From assembly GCA_004551905.1 (NCBI GenBank), contig SFPL01000028.1, positions 1-62,109 of the forward strand: 62,109 nucleotides of DNA, read 5' to 3'. A program made the position numbers and the translations under genes. Under the pieces are notes generated by a model. That model searched no databases, was not told the origin of the DNA, and worked only from the letters and a program-made list of their open reading frames with translations. The DNA is from Lentisphaeraceae bacterium (GTDB lineage: Bacteria; Verrucomicrobiota; Kiritimatiellia; RFP12; UBA1067). Positions 31,399 to 40,261 of this stretch are shown here, piece after piece (position 1 is the first letter of the stretch; the number at the start of each line of letters is the position of its first letter).

Positions 31399-33369
31399 TT
31401 AGGCCGCGGTCCCGGTCGCCTTGACCATGCCACGGTGATCCTGCTCGCGGATGCCGATGTCGAAGTAGACGCGGAACCACACGCCGAGGACGTTGAAGTC
31501 GAGGTCGCCGCGTTCCACGGTGGGAGTGCGCTTCCCCTTGAGGTAGCCGATCTCGAAGGTGTCGACCGTGCCGGGCTTGCCGAAGAGATACCACGACGCT
31601 TCGGAGAAGTTCGGGTAGTTCTTGTTGCCGAGGTACGGCGAGGACACGATGGAGAGGTTCTCGTCGGCGAGGACGTTGATCGCCGGGCGGATCGTGTTCT
31701 CCGCGCCGCCCGACATCATCAGCGTCGCGCCACGGGTAAGCTCGATGGCGAGATGCTTGAGGGCCGTCGGAACGAGGAGGATCGAAGGCTCCACCGAGAT
31801 CGGCTGGCCGTCCGCGTCCGTCTGGTCGATGAACATCTGAATCGCCTTCTTGAGGGAGTCCGCAGAGAGAGCGGAAGCCGCACCCGAGAGGAGGTTCTTG
31901 TGGTCGCGGCTGAAGAGCTGCTTGCCGTCCACGCAGGTCGGGTTCGCCATCAGACGCTTGAAGAACAGCTGGTCCACGAGGCGGGCGGCGCGGTTGCCCA
32001 TCGCCGTCGGCACCTTGAGGAACGCGCCGAGATCGTCGTTGATGATCATCTTGCGCGTCAGGCAGAACTTCTTGGCGTATGTGTCGAGCTGGTTCTTCGC
32101 CGACTCCTCGGTGAGCGCGGAATCCTTGATCTCGCCGTCCGCGCCGACGGGCTGGAGATCGCCGACGTCCGTGAGGCGGAACCGCTGGTTCTCCTTGAAG
32201 TCGGTGAGGTCGCCCGTCGTGCAGAGCTTCGTGGCGATGATCGGCTGGGCGTTGTACGCCTGCAGGAGCTTCTTGTTCGCCACGTTCGAGAGGATGCCGG
32301 GGAGCGAGACGGTCGAGAACGCCGCCTTGATCGCGTCGTTGTCGAACGAGCGCGGGACGCTCATGCCCTCGATCCTCATGCACTCGGCGAGGACGGAGCG
32401 GAGCGGCATATCCATATCCTTCATCGCGGCCTCGACGGTCTCGTCGCCCATCGCCTTGGCGAGGGTGTCGCCGTCGATGCCGGCGCGGAGCGAGAGCGCG
32501 GCCTCAAGGTGCTTCGCGGTCACGTTGTTCTCCTTTCGGATGGTGATGTTCACGTCGGTCGTGGGCTGCTTCTGGCGGTACGCGGCGAGGACGGCCTCGT
32601 TTACCTGGTCCTTGTTCCAGCCCTCGGAGATGGCCTTCGCCTCGATCTCCGAGAACTCGCCGTTGCACACCGCCTTGATCATGCCGACGCGGTCGCGCTC
32701 CGCCTTGACGGCGGCCTGGGCGACGGCCTCGACGTTGACCGGCTCTGCGGCGGGCTGTGCGACCGTCGCGGCGGCTTCGATGTTCTTGGGGGCTTCGGCG
32801 GGCTTCGCCGGAGTCGCGGGGGCGGCTGCCGCCGCCTCGACTTTCTTTTCAGGTTCCATAATGGAGTTGCCTTTCAGTTGGAGTGATGCCGTGACCTTCA
32901 TGTGAGTTGCCTTGTCGGCTCCCACCGCGACCACGGACACCTCGCGGAGGGTAGATTTCGTAACGTGGTAGAACGGGGCCTCGTGTTCGGCACCGTTAAT
33001 CGTGCGCTTCCCGCTCTGGACGAGTTCGGCGGCTTCGACCTCGGCTCCGATGGAGAGCTGCCAGTCCGCGCCGGACTTGCCCTGGGCGACGATGTTCGCC
33101 GCCTCCGCTCCCTCGGCGACGATCTCGCCGCTGATCTCGAGGCCCGTATCGCCGACCGCCGCCTTCACCACGCCCACGCGGCAGAGCGTGTGGTTCTCGT
33201 GGTTGGCGAGGAGCGGGACGCTCTCCGGAACCGTCATCCCCGCCATGTCCACCACGACGGGGCGCGACCATCCGAAGAGGCGCATCTTGCCGCCGGAGTA
33301 GGCGAGGCCCTTTACCGTGGGCTTCCTGCCTTCGGCGGCGGCGGTGATTTCGAGAAATTCAGTCTTCAT
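31399..33369 (-). CDS. fused prohead protease - linker - major capsid protein (HK97 fold), 656 aa
   Basis: N-terminal about 170 aa resemble an HK97-type prohead protease (VPLLANHENHTLCRVGVV). Then an Ala/Pro-rich linker. The C-terminal about 400 aa are capsid-like (ends GVWFRVYFDIGIREQDHRGMV). One uninterrupted ORF. Confidence 0.85.
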   Translation of the reverse strand: MKTEFLEITAAAEGRKPTVKGLAYSGGKMRLFGWSRPVVVDMAGMTVPESVPLLANHENHTLCRVGVVKAAVGDTGLEISGEIVAEGAEAANIVAQGKSGADWQLSIGAEVEAAELVQSGKRTINGAEHEAPFYHVTKSTLREVSVVAVGADKATHMKVTASLQLKGNSIMEPEKKVEAAAAAPATPAKPAEAPKNIEAAATVAQPAAEPVNVEAVAQAAVKAERDRVGMIKAVCNGEFSEIEAKAISEGWNKDQVNEAVLAAYRQKQPTTDVNITIRKENNVTAKHLEAALSLRAGIDGDTLAKAMGDETVEAAMKDMDMPLRSVLAECMRIEGMSVPRSFDNDAIKAAFSTVSLPGILSNVANKKLLQAYNAQPIIATKLCTTGDLTDFKENQRFRLTDVGDLQPVGADGEIKDSALTEESAKNQLDTYAKKFCLTRKMIINDDLGAFLKVPTAMGNRAARLVDQLFFKRLMANPTCVDGKQLFSRDHKNLLSGAASALSADSLKKAIQMFIDQTDADGQPISVEPSILLVPTALKHLAIELTRGATLMMSGGAENTIRPAINVLADENLSIVSSPYLGNKNYPNFSEASWYLFGKPGTVDTFEIGYLKGKRTPTVERGDLDFNVLGVWFRVYFDIGIREQDHRGMVKATGTAA

Positions 33370-34762
33370 CTTCCTTCTGTTCCTTTCCGTTGTCCGGCTG
33401 CGCCTCTTCGGGCGCGATGCCGAGTTCCTTCATCTTCTTCTGCTCCTTGGCGATCTGCTCAAGCTCCGTCTCCCAGTCCTTTCCCTGCCGTGCGTACTCG
33501 GCGGCGAGGGAAGTCGTGCGGCTCTGGAGCCGGACGGCCTGGGCGTTCGCCTCCTTCTGCGGATCGACGTGCTCCTGCCCGTCCCAGAACCACACGTGGC
33601 GGCAGTCGCAGTCCTCTATCGTCCGCTTACGGACGAGCCGCCACTCGTTGAGCCACGCCTCGAGGATGCGGTCGAGGATCACCTCCTCGATGTGCGAGCG
33701 GTCGACCTTGAGCGACTTGTAGTAGGTCTGGTGGTCGAGCCGCCCGCTGGCGTAGTTGTAGCCCGACGAGTTGCCCGCCGCGATGTTGTACGGGATGTTC
33801 AGGCAGCGGGAGATCTCGTTCAAGATCTCATGCTTGAACTCCCCATAGGTCGTGACGGGCTGCTTCGGGTCGACCTGCGCCATCTTCCAGCCGCCCGGCA
33901 TGGTGAGGAGCATATTGCGCTCGAGCTGGATGGAGTCCATCGCCTCGACCGCGTCCGCCTCGCCGTTCGCCGGCGCGTCCGTGTAGAGTACACCAGCGAA
34001 GTCCGCCGCTGCCTCCGCCGCGCTCACGACCGCGAGGGTGAACCTCCGGAGGTGCGCGAAGAGCGGGAGCGCGGAGGTTATCTCCGGGATGCCACGGTGC
34101 TGCTCGGGCCGATCCTGCCGGAAGTAGTGGATCATGTTCTCGGCCTTGACGGTCATCGCGTCCGTGCCGAAGCTGTCCGTCCCGCCGGGGTGGCTCTTCA
34201 GCACTTTGTAGCTCCTTGGGTTGCCGAACTGGTCGAACGTGATGCCGTCCACCGACCTGTCGTCCTTCTGAAGCTCGTCATCCGTAACCCGGTCGGCTTC
34301 GACAAGTTGGAGGTCGAGCTTCACGTCCGACCTTAAATTGGGGTTCTGTCCGAGCAGCACGAACGCCTCGCCGTCCTGGCACCGCGCCATGCGGATGGTG
34401 CGGAGCTTCGCCGCGAGGTGGACGCGCTTCGCCCAGACGGCGAAGTCGTGCTCGATTGCGTGGTTCAAGTCCTCGCCGTCGAACAGCATCTGGAGGCGGG
34501 GTCCCGTGCCAATCGTGTCGTTCGCCAAGGTCGAGACGATCCCACGGGCGTAGGAGTTGTTCTGCACCTCGTAGCGGGCGCGTGTGCGGAGCGTCTTGCG
34601 CACCGCAGGATCGGCCTCCGCGTCCGCCGAGAGGAACTCCGCCGCCGCCCAGTGGCGGGCGTTGTCCTTGGTGGTCTGCGCCGCGTCGAAGCGGGCCTTG
34701 ACCCATCGGGGAACGCCGAGGACGGCGCGTACCACGGGCGATTTCCTTCCAAACCACTTCAT
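33359..34762 (-). CDS. portal protein, lambda family, 467 aa
   Basis: Start moved to MKWFGRKSP. FDAAQTTKDNARHWAAA...RTRARYEVQNNSYARGIVSTLANDTIGTGPRLQ matches the lambda gpB-type portal N-terminal region. Confidence 0.85.
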   Translation of the reverse strand: MKWFGRKSPVVRAVLGVPRWVKARFDAAQTTKDNARHWAAAEFLSADAEADPAVRKTLRTRARYEVQNNSYARGIVSTLANDTIGTGPRLQMLFDGEDLNHAIEHDFAVWAKRVHLAAKLRTIRMARCQDGEAFVLLGQNPNLRSDVKLDLQLVEADRVTDDELQKDDRSVDGITFDQFGNPRSYKVLKSHPGGTDSFGTDAMTVKAENMIHYFRQDRPEQHRGIPEITSALPLFAHLRRFTLAVVSAAEAAADFAGVLYTDAPANGEADAVEAMDSIQLERNMLLTMPGGWKMAQVDPKQPVTTYGEFKHEILNEISRCLNIPYNIAAGNSSGYNYASGRLDHQTYYKSLKVDRSHIEEVILDRILEAWLNEWRLVRKRTIEDCDCRHVWFWDGQEHVDPQKEANAQAVRLQSRTTSLAAEYARQGKDWETELEQIAKEQKKMKELGIAPEEAQPDNGKEQKEDED

Positions 34763-34962
34763 AGGATCGCGCCTCCCGACTTCATCCTCGTGATGCGGAG
34801 CGGGCATCTGCGCCCGCTCGTCGCCTGTTTGCTGGCGAAGTAGCTCGCCACCTTGAGAAGATCGCCGACGGACTGGTTCTCGACGCGCTGGCCGTCGACC
34901 TCCACGACCTTCGGCTGTGCAAGCATCTTCTCGGTCAGCTCCTCCAGCTTCTTGTCATCCAT
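34759..34962 (-). CDS. gpW-position small head-tail joining protein, 67 aa
   Basis: Start at MDDKKLEEL (ATG 34960-34962, 7 nt after AAGGAG). Lies directly upstream of the portal, as lambda W does. Assignment is by position. Confidence 0.5.
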   Translation of the reverse strand: MDDKKLEELTEKMLAQPKVVEVDGQRVENQSVGDLLKVASYFASKQATSGRRCPLRITRMKSGGAIL

Positions 34963-36604
34963 TGGCATTCTCCTTTTCGACGGCATCGATCCTTTCGCCG
35001 ATCCACGCCATCACGTTCGTACACATCGAATTGCCGAGGGCCTTGTACCTCGGCCCGTCGGGGCATTGGTCGGCGGGCTTGCCCCGCCACGGGATCTTCG
35101 TCCAGAAGTCCGGGAAGCCCATCAGCCGTTCGCATTCGACGGGGACGAGCTTGCGGATGATGCCGGGGATGCACACCCCCGACGGCCGGCGGTTCGTGAG
35201 CGAGTACGCGCTTTCGCCGTCCTCGTCGTAGCACTTCGCCTTGAGGTCGCGCCCGTCGATGTTCATCACGTCGATGGGGTAGCAGACCCCGTGGACTCCG
35301 GCCGTGTCGAGCGTGTAGCACACGCCCGTCTTCGCGCCGACCCCGTTGCCGCCCGCCTTGTCGCTCCGCCCGATCACGTTCTCGGCAATCGAGACCGCCT
35401 CCACGACCGCCATGCCGCCCTGGTACTTCGAGGGCGAGGGGTCCGTCGTGTCGAGGGTCTGCGCCACGTCCGTCTCGCGGATGCCGCTCTTCGGGTTCGC
35501 CGACTTCATCGCGTTCGACCCCATCGAGTCCATCACGAACACGCGCTGGACGAGCGGGAGGTTGTTGCCGCCCGTCCCCGCCTGCGCGGGGATCGAGGGG
35601 GCGACGTCGCCGCAGTCCCTGATCCTCGAGTCCTGTCCGTGGTTCTCGTAGCACACGAGCTTGTCGATGTCCTGGTTGTTCATCTTCCCCGGATAGCTCG
35701 CGTCGAGCGTCGGGCAGCACGCGCCCACGACCGCCTTCGGCTCCTTGTAGTCGGAGGCGAGGAGCGACGGCGCGACGTTCGGCTCGTATGCGTCCTGAAA
35801 GCGCGTGTCGACGATGCACGGGAGCTGCTGCTTGTCGGGCATCAGCTGCCCGATGGAGCGGGTGGTGAGGGTGTCCGCCTTCTGGCTTCCGTCCCACCAG
35901 CACAGCCGAGCATCAGATCCAGCGCGGCCTTCAAGACCGGCGGGAGAACCTTGCCGCGCTTCTCGGCGCGGCGGTAGATCCCCACCGCACATCTCTCCGT
36001 CAAAAAGTACCTTTTCGCAATCGGCCCACGAACCAAGACTTCCGACAAGGAGGACACGCTTCCTTCGCTGCGGGATCGCCCTCGGAAATTGGGAAACTCT
36101 GGTATATTGAGCGTCAAGCACTCGCCAGCCCATGCTGAAGCATCCGGGTGCGCCGGTGACGAGTCCGGCCTTGCGCCACTTTCCGTCGGGGACGGTGACC
36201 TCCCATCCGACGAGCAGCGATAGGAAGGAGGCAAAATCCTCCCCGCGCTTGCTCGATAGTACGCCGGGGACATTTTCCCAGACCAGCCACCTGGCGTGTG
36301 TGCGAAAAGCCAGCTTTGCAAACTCAAGCGCGAGGTTTCCTCTTGCATCTTCAAGTCCTTTCCTCAAGCCCGCGATGCTGAACGCCTGGCATGGCGTCCC
36401 GCCCACGAGGAGGTCGATGCCCCCCTCGTAGTCGCCGGTCTGAATCTTCGTGAAATCGCCGAGGTTCGGCACGTCCGGGAACCTCTCCGCGAGGACTGCC
36501 GAGGGGAACTTCTCGATCTCCGAGACGAACGCACACTCCCAGCCGAGCGGCCTCCACGCCACGGAAGCCGCCTCGATCCCGCTGCACACGCTTCCGTATC
36601 TCAT
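34955..36604 (-). CDS. DNA (cytosine-5)-methyltransferase with enlarged target-recognition region, 549 aa
   Basis: Motifs in order: VCSGIEA (I), GGTPCQAFS (IV), WENVPG (VI), QRRKRV (VIII), ECERLMGFP, ALGNSM (X). About 290 aa separate VIII from the C-terminal motifs. Confidence 0.9.
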   Translation of the reverse strand: MRYGSVCSGIEAASVAWRPLGWECAFVSEIEKFPSAVLAERFPDVPNLGDFTKIQTGDYEGGIDLLVGGTPCQAFSIAGLRKGLEDARGNLALEFAKLAFRTHARWLVWENVPGVLSSKRGEDFASFLSLLVGWEVTVPDGKWRKAGLVTGAPGCFSMGWRVLDAQYTRVSQFPRAIPQRRKRVLLVGSLGSWADCEKVLFDGEMCGGDLPPRREARQGSPAGLEGRAGSDARLCWWDGSQKADTLTTRSIGQLMPDKQQLPCIVDTRFQDAYEPNVAPSLLASDYKEPKAVVGACCPTLDASYPGKMNNQDIDKLVCYENHGQDSRIRDCGDVAPSIPAQAGTGGNNLPLVQRVFVMDSMGSNAMKSANPKSGIRETDVAQTLDTTDPSPSKYQGGMAVVEAVSIAENVIGRSDKAGGNGVGAKTGVCYTLDTAGVHGVCYPIDVMNIDGRDLKAKCYDEDGESAYSLTNRRPSGVCIPGIIRKLVPVECERLMGFPDFWTKIPWRGKPADQCPDGPRYKALGNSMCTNVMAWIGERIDAVEKENANG

Positions 36605-36812
36605 GATGCCTCCTTCGGGTCAAAGTCGTAGAGTCCGTGCGGCCTCGCGAGACCGCTTGAGGGGTCGGACAGAACCCTTGCGGCGGGTAAGAAACAGCAA
36701 GAACCCCGCCGCCCGCTTTTGGGACACCCGTCCCGACTCGCGGAGAATCCTTTTCGGCGGTTTCCCGCCGGGCGAAAAGAGGCCGCTCCACGCGACACTT
36801 CTCTCGCACTAC

Positions 36813-36847
36813 GGATGTTTATTGCCAGCCCACGCGAATCTTCAGTT
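36813..36847 (+). repeat. GGATGTTTATTGCC-N11-ATCTTCAGTT motif, copy 1
   Basis: Copy 2 lies 104 bp downstream. Copy 1 lacks the TATAAT found after copies 2 and 3. Confidence 0.7.
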
Positions 36848-36916
36848 GGGAAAATCCGAGAGTGTGCAGCTGTCCGCACCCGCCCCCGGATGGCGCGGTG
36901 CGCTATTCGGGGACAC

Positions 36917-36984
36917 GGATGTTTATTGCCACATCGAAAAAATCTTCAGTTTTCTCGAGAAACTTTCTCGCAGATTCGTATAAT
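36917..36984 (+). promoter_or_regulatory. same motif, copy 2, with TTCTCGAGAA palindrome and TATAAT (36979-36984)
   Basis: GGATGTTTATTGCC-N11-ATCTTCAGTT...TTCTCGAGAA...TCGTATAATTT. Drives toward the mini-ORF at 37025. Confidence 0.5.
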
Positions 36985-37024
36985 TTAAGTATGAGAAAAT
37001 TAAATTTGAGAGGAGGTGGTTAAA

Positions 37025-37084
37025 ATGTTATTCACTTTTTAGGCGATTATCATCGCGATTGTGATTATCATCGTGTTTTGCTGA
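37025..37084 (+). other. mini-ORF behind a strong Shine-Dalgarno: MLFTF-TAG-AIIIAIVIIIVFC-TGA
   Basis: GAGAGGAGGTGG (37008-37019) lies 5 nt before ATG 37025. In-frame TAG at 37040-37042. The rest of the frame is purely hydrophobic. AT-rich context. Terminator hairpin follows. Confidence 0.3.
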
Positions 37085-37092
37085 TTGAAATG

Positions 37093-37118
37093 GCATCTTC
37101 CCCGTTTGGGGAAGATGC
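37093..37118. terminator. bidirectional hairpin between terL stop and the mini-ORF
   Basis: GCATCTTCCCC-GTTT-GGGGAAGATGC, an 11-bp perfect stem. T-rich on the minus-strand side (CCATTTCAATC). Confidence 0.6.
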
Positions 37119-37124
37119 GCACTT

Positions 37125-39401
37125 TCACCGTTCACGTGCCTTGCGGAGTTCGGAGAGCTTCACCTTGACCCTCGGCTTCTTCTGGACCTGCTGATCCGTT
37201 CCCTCGAGGACGCATCCGCACATCGAAGCGGCGACCGCGTTGCCGACGATTCCGTCGAACCAGTGGTTGTCCTTCGCCTCCGGGCGCATCTTCCACTCCT
37301 CGACCTTTCGCCCGCGCCCCTCGGTCTTGACGCGGTATTCGGCGGTGAGGTGTTCGGCGAAGAGCAGGTGCGCCTCCGGGCTTCTCCCCCAGAGGGAGAG
37401 CGACCCCTTGTCGCCGAGCGAGGTGAGGATGCGGCTTGCCACAAAGCTCTTCCAGTAGTTCGTGTCGAAGATGACGTGCCGCACGGCCCGCCGGCCCCGG
37501 ATGTTCGGGATGCGCCAGTTGTGGCCGACGCGGTCGCCCGCCGTCTTCTTGTACTCGCTCATCGGCTTCGAGGACGCGCCGATGTACTTGCCGTGGCTCG
37601 GAAGGATGATGTTCGCGAACGCCGACTCGCGGCAGAACTGGTACACGATCTCGGTCGACTGGCCCCAGTTCGCGTCGACGAGGCAACGCTCGATCCGCAT
37701 GGACGCGCCGTCGTCCCGTGTGTATTCATGCGAGAGATAGCGTTCCGTCAGCTCCTTGAGGCCCGCGTAGAGGCATCCTTCGAGGCCCGTCCTCGGGTGC
37801 TTCGACTGCAGCGTCGGGTTCGCGTCGGCGAGGGTGAAGTACCGCCGCCGCTGGTCGGGCCACGCCCCGTAGTCAACGACGGTCCCGGAGAAATCGTCGC
37901 TCCACGCGCACACGACGAAGAAGAGGAGCGTCTTCTGCACGTCGATGAACATCGTGACGTGCGTCGCCGAGACGGGGATCGCGCTCTGGGAGAGTCCGTT
38001 GAGCTTGTTGACGATCCCGTCCACGGTGAGCTGTTCTTCCGTCCCCAAGTCCTCCGGCAGCGGGTCGTTCTGGTACTCCGCCCAGAACGCCGCCTCGTCG
38101 GTGAGCTTGAGGTTCATCGCGTGCTGGATCGCGCTGATCTCGTCGTAGTTGTGGCGGGCGGGCCACGACACCTTCGCCCCCGCATCCATCTCCTCGCGGT
38201 GCTGGCGGTAGAACTCGGTCGCCGCCGCGAACGTGCCTTTCTCCCGCAGCTCGTCGGCGCGGAGGTCGGCGTAGCAGTTCCACAGATCCTCGTTCGTCGG
38301 CATCTGGTAGAGCATCTTGCACCGTTCCCCGTTCCATTCGGGATGCTTCGACTTGTCGAGGATCTGCTCGGCCATGTCGCCGGGGCGGATGACCGTGCAG
38401 GGCATGATGCCCGATATCTTCTTCCCCGGACCCGCAAGGCCGAGGATGTCGCCCGCGAGGACGCGGACGCGCTTGCGGGTCTGCTCCAGCGACCCCGCCG
38501 ACTCGCTCGTCTGCGGATCGTCGATCACGACGAACTCCGGGCGGATCGTCCGCCCGTCCGGCTTCTTGTACTTCATGCCTCGGATGCGGCCCGTGATGCC
38601 GGCGACGCGGACGAGGACTCCCGACGAGGCGGCCCCGCGTATCGTCGGGAGGACGATCTCGTTCGCCGTCCACGTGATGCGTGTGCGTTCGCCCTTGTAG
38701 AGCTGTCCCGCGCACCGGTTGGCGATGCCTTCGAGGCAGGAGATCGGGTAGCACACCTCCGGAAAGTCGGCGGCGAGATGCTCGTTCACCTCCAGCTCGG
38801 TCTTGATCGAGTCGAGAATCTCCAGCGCGGCGGACTCGGACGCGCCCACGACCACGACGAACTCGCGGTGCCCGTAGAGCATTGCCCAGATCGCGGCGGT
38901 CTCGGTGAGCGAGGACTTGCCCGAGCCACGGGACATCGCCAGCGCGAAGAGGCCGCCCTTGAGGACGGACTTCTGTATCTTCTCGATGGCGCGGAGGTGG
39001 TCTTCCGACCATTCGAGGACGTACACCTCCGGGAAGTACGTCTCGCAGAATTTCCGGAAGTCGAGACGGCACGACTCCTTGCGCTCCTCGTTTTCGACTG
39101 CGGGCAGCTCTCCGATGTCGCGTCCTTCGAGCGACCGCTCCGACGAGCGTCGGGCCGCGTCCGCCCGCACCGCGTCGTAGCCCTGCGGCTCGTCCTCGTC
39201 GGGCGTGTTGTGTCGGTCGACGAGCCACGCGACGTAGCTGTAGAAGTTCATGCACCGGCTGTCATCGCGGCTTGCGACGCGGTAGCCGCCCTGGTCGAAG
39301 TGCCGGTAGATCTGCGTCGAACTCACGACCGTGCCGAGTTCGGTCGAGTTCATGAGCCGCACCATCTCGGTGGGCTTCACCTTGGAGAGGTTAAGAGGCA
39401 T
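37125..39401 (-). CDS. terL: terminase large subunit, 758 aa
   Basis: Walker A-like ALAMSRGSGKSS and Walker B-like EFVVIDDPQT. Large size. Sits just upstream of the portal block. N-terminal about 100 aa extension. Confidence 0.85.
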   Translation of the reverse strand: MPLNLSKVKPTEMVRLMNSTELGTVVSSTQIYRHFDQGGYRVASRDDSRCMNFYSYVAWLVDRHNTPDEDEPQGYDAVRADAARRSSERSLEGRDIGELPAVENEERKESCRLDFRKFCETYFPEVYVLEWSEDHLRAIEKIQKSVLKGGLFALAMSRGSGKSSLTETAAIWAMLYGHREFVVVVGASESAALEILDSIKTELEVNEHLAADFPEVCYPISCLEGIANRCAGQLYKGERTRITWTANEIVLPTIRGAASSGVLVRVAGITGRIRGMKYKKPDGRTIRPEFVVIDDPQTSESAGSLEQTRKRVRVLAGDILGLAGPGKKISGIMPCTVIRPGDMAEQILDKSKHPEWNGERCKMLYQMPTNEDLWNCYADLRADELREKGTFAAATEFYRQHREEMDAGAKVSWPARHNYDEISAIQHAMNLKLTDEAAFWAEYQNDPLPEDLGTEEQLTVDGIVNKLNGLSQSAIPVSATHVTMFIDVQKTLLFFVVCAWSDDFSGTVVDYGAWPDQRRRYFTLADANPTLQSKHPRTGLEGCLYAGLKELTERYLSHEYTRDDGASMRIERCLVDANWGQSTEIVYQFCRESAFANIILPSHGKYIGASSKPMSEYKKTAGDRVGHNWRIPNIRGRRAVRHVIFDTNYWKSFVASRILTSLGDKGSLSLWGRSPEAHLLFAEHLTAEYRVKTEGRGRKVEEWKMRPEAKDNHWFDGIVGNAVAASMCGCVLEGTDQQVQKKPRVKVKLSELRKARER

Positions 39402-39591
39402 GGCGGCTGTTCTCCTTTGAAAGCACCCATGCGGCGTAGAGGAAGATGTCCACCGTGCCGTCGGCGTTCGCGGGTGCGCCGGCGGCGATGTCGGCGGCGA
39501 CGGTCTCCTCCGAAATGGTGCGCGAACCCGCCGCCTTCAGGGCACGGACGAGTTCCTCCGGCTTGAGCGCATGGGCGTTGTATTCAGACAT
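39391..39591 (-). CDS. possible small terminase / DNA-binding protein, 66 aa
   Basis: Overlaps the terL start by 11 nt. Assignment is by position only. Shares an FxYxAWV motif with the terL N-terminal extension. Confidence 0.4.
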   Translation of the reverse strand: MSEYNAHALKPEELVRALKAAGSRTISEETVAADIAAGAPANADGTVDIFLYAAWVLSKENSRHAS

Positions 39592-39625
39592 TCTCTCTCC
39601 CTTGAAGATTTATTCGCATGGGGGG

Positions 39626-39654
39626 TTGATAACCTCCGTCGTTTACGGCATCAT
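39626..39654 (+). promoter_or_regulatory. phage consensus promoter for the HARE-HTH gene
   Basis: TTGATA-N17-CATCAT, with TTACGG abutting the -10. ATG of 39691-40053 lies 37 nt downstream. Confidence 0.55.
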
Positions 39655-39690
39655 GTCGGCAGTCAAACCCAAACGGAAAGGACATGACGA

Positions 39691-40053
39691 ATGAGTGCCA
39701 AGAAGAAGAACACGACCGCAGCCAAGACAACGGCGAAGGCGAAGCCCGCCGCCCCCAAGGCAACCGCGAAGGAGCGGAAGCCCGGAGGCGGCAAGGAGGC
39801 CCCGACGGAGAGGAAGCTCTCGCTCCTCTCGGCGGCGGCCGCCGTCCTCGCCGAAAGCGACGAGCCCCTCAACTGCAAGCGCATGATCGAGCTTGCCAAG
39901 TCCAAGGGGCTGTGGTCGCCGCGCGCGGGCAAGACCCCGGAGCAGACGCTGTACTCCGCAATCGTTCGCGAGATCAAGGACAAGGGCGAGTCCTCCCGCT
40001 TCCGCCGGTCGCCTCTGCGGGGACACTACCTCCCGCCCGCCGCCGCCAACTGA
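39691..40053 (+). CDS. HARE-HTH DNA-binding protein with Lys/Ala/Pro-rich N-terminal tail, 120 aa
   Basis: LSLLSAAAAVLAESDEPLNCKRMIELAKSKGLWSPRAGKTPEQTLYSAIVREIKDKGESSRFRR is the bacterial HARE-HTH pattern (GKTPExTLxxxIxxxIxxxGxxSRF). N-terminus AKKKNTTAAKTTAKAKPAAPKATAK is histone-H1-like. Confidence 0.75.
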   Translation: MSAKKKNTTAAKTTAKAKPAAPKATAKERKPGGGKEAPTERKLSLLSAAAAVLAESDEPLNCKRMIELAKSKGLWSPRAGKTPEQTLYSAIVREIKDKGESSRFRRSPLRGHYLPPAAAN

Positions 40054-40261
40054 ATATGCCCCACACGGCGAACACGAGGTGGACTGCGTCCAGCACCATC
40101 CTCGCCCAGAGGTGCTGGTACGCGTCCACCCCGATCCACGCCGCGTTGACGGCGGTCCAGATGTAGAAGCACGAGACGCGCTTCTTCACGTTCAGCGCGG
40201 TTCCGAGGAGGGACAGCGCGGTGAGCGACCACAGGAAGGTCTGGGCGGCGGCCTCATTCAT
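39974..40261 (-). CDS. three-TM PnuC-like (NMN-transporter family) half-size membrane protein, 95 aa
   Basis: LLGTALNVKKRVSCFYIWTAVNAAWIGVDAYQHLWARMVLDAVHLVFAVWGIFSW follows the L..K...W..W...N......Y......L.....G...W pattern of PnuC repeats. Start overlaps the metK stop (ATGAATGA). Confidence 0.5.
   Translation of the reverse strand: MNEAAAQTFLWSLTALSLLGTALNVKKRVSCFYIWTAVNAAWIGVDAYQHLWARMVLDAVHLVFAVWGIFSWRRRAGGSVPAEATGGSGRTRPCP

Noticed and set aside
37263-39566. 767-aa plus-strand ORF
   Set aside because: It is a shadow ORF antisense to the large terminase. Same compositional bias, and no start context.
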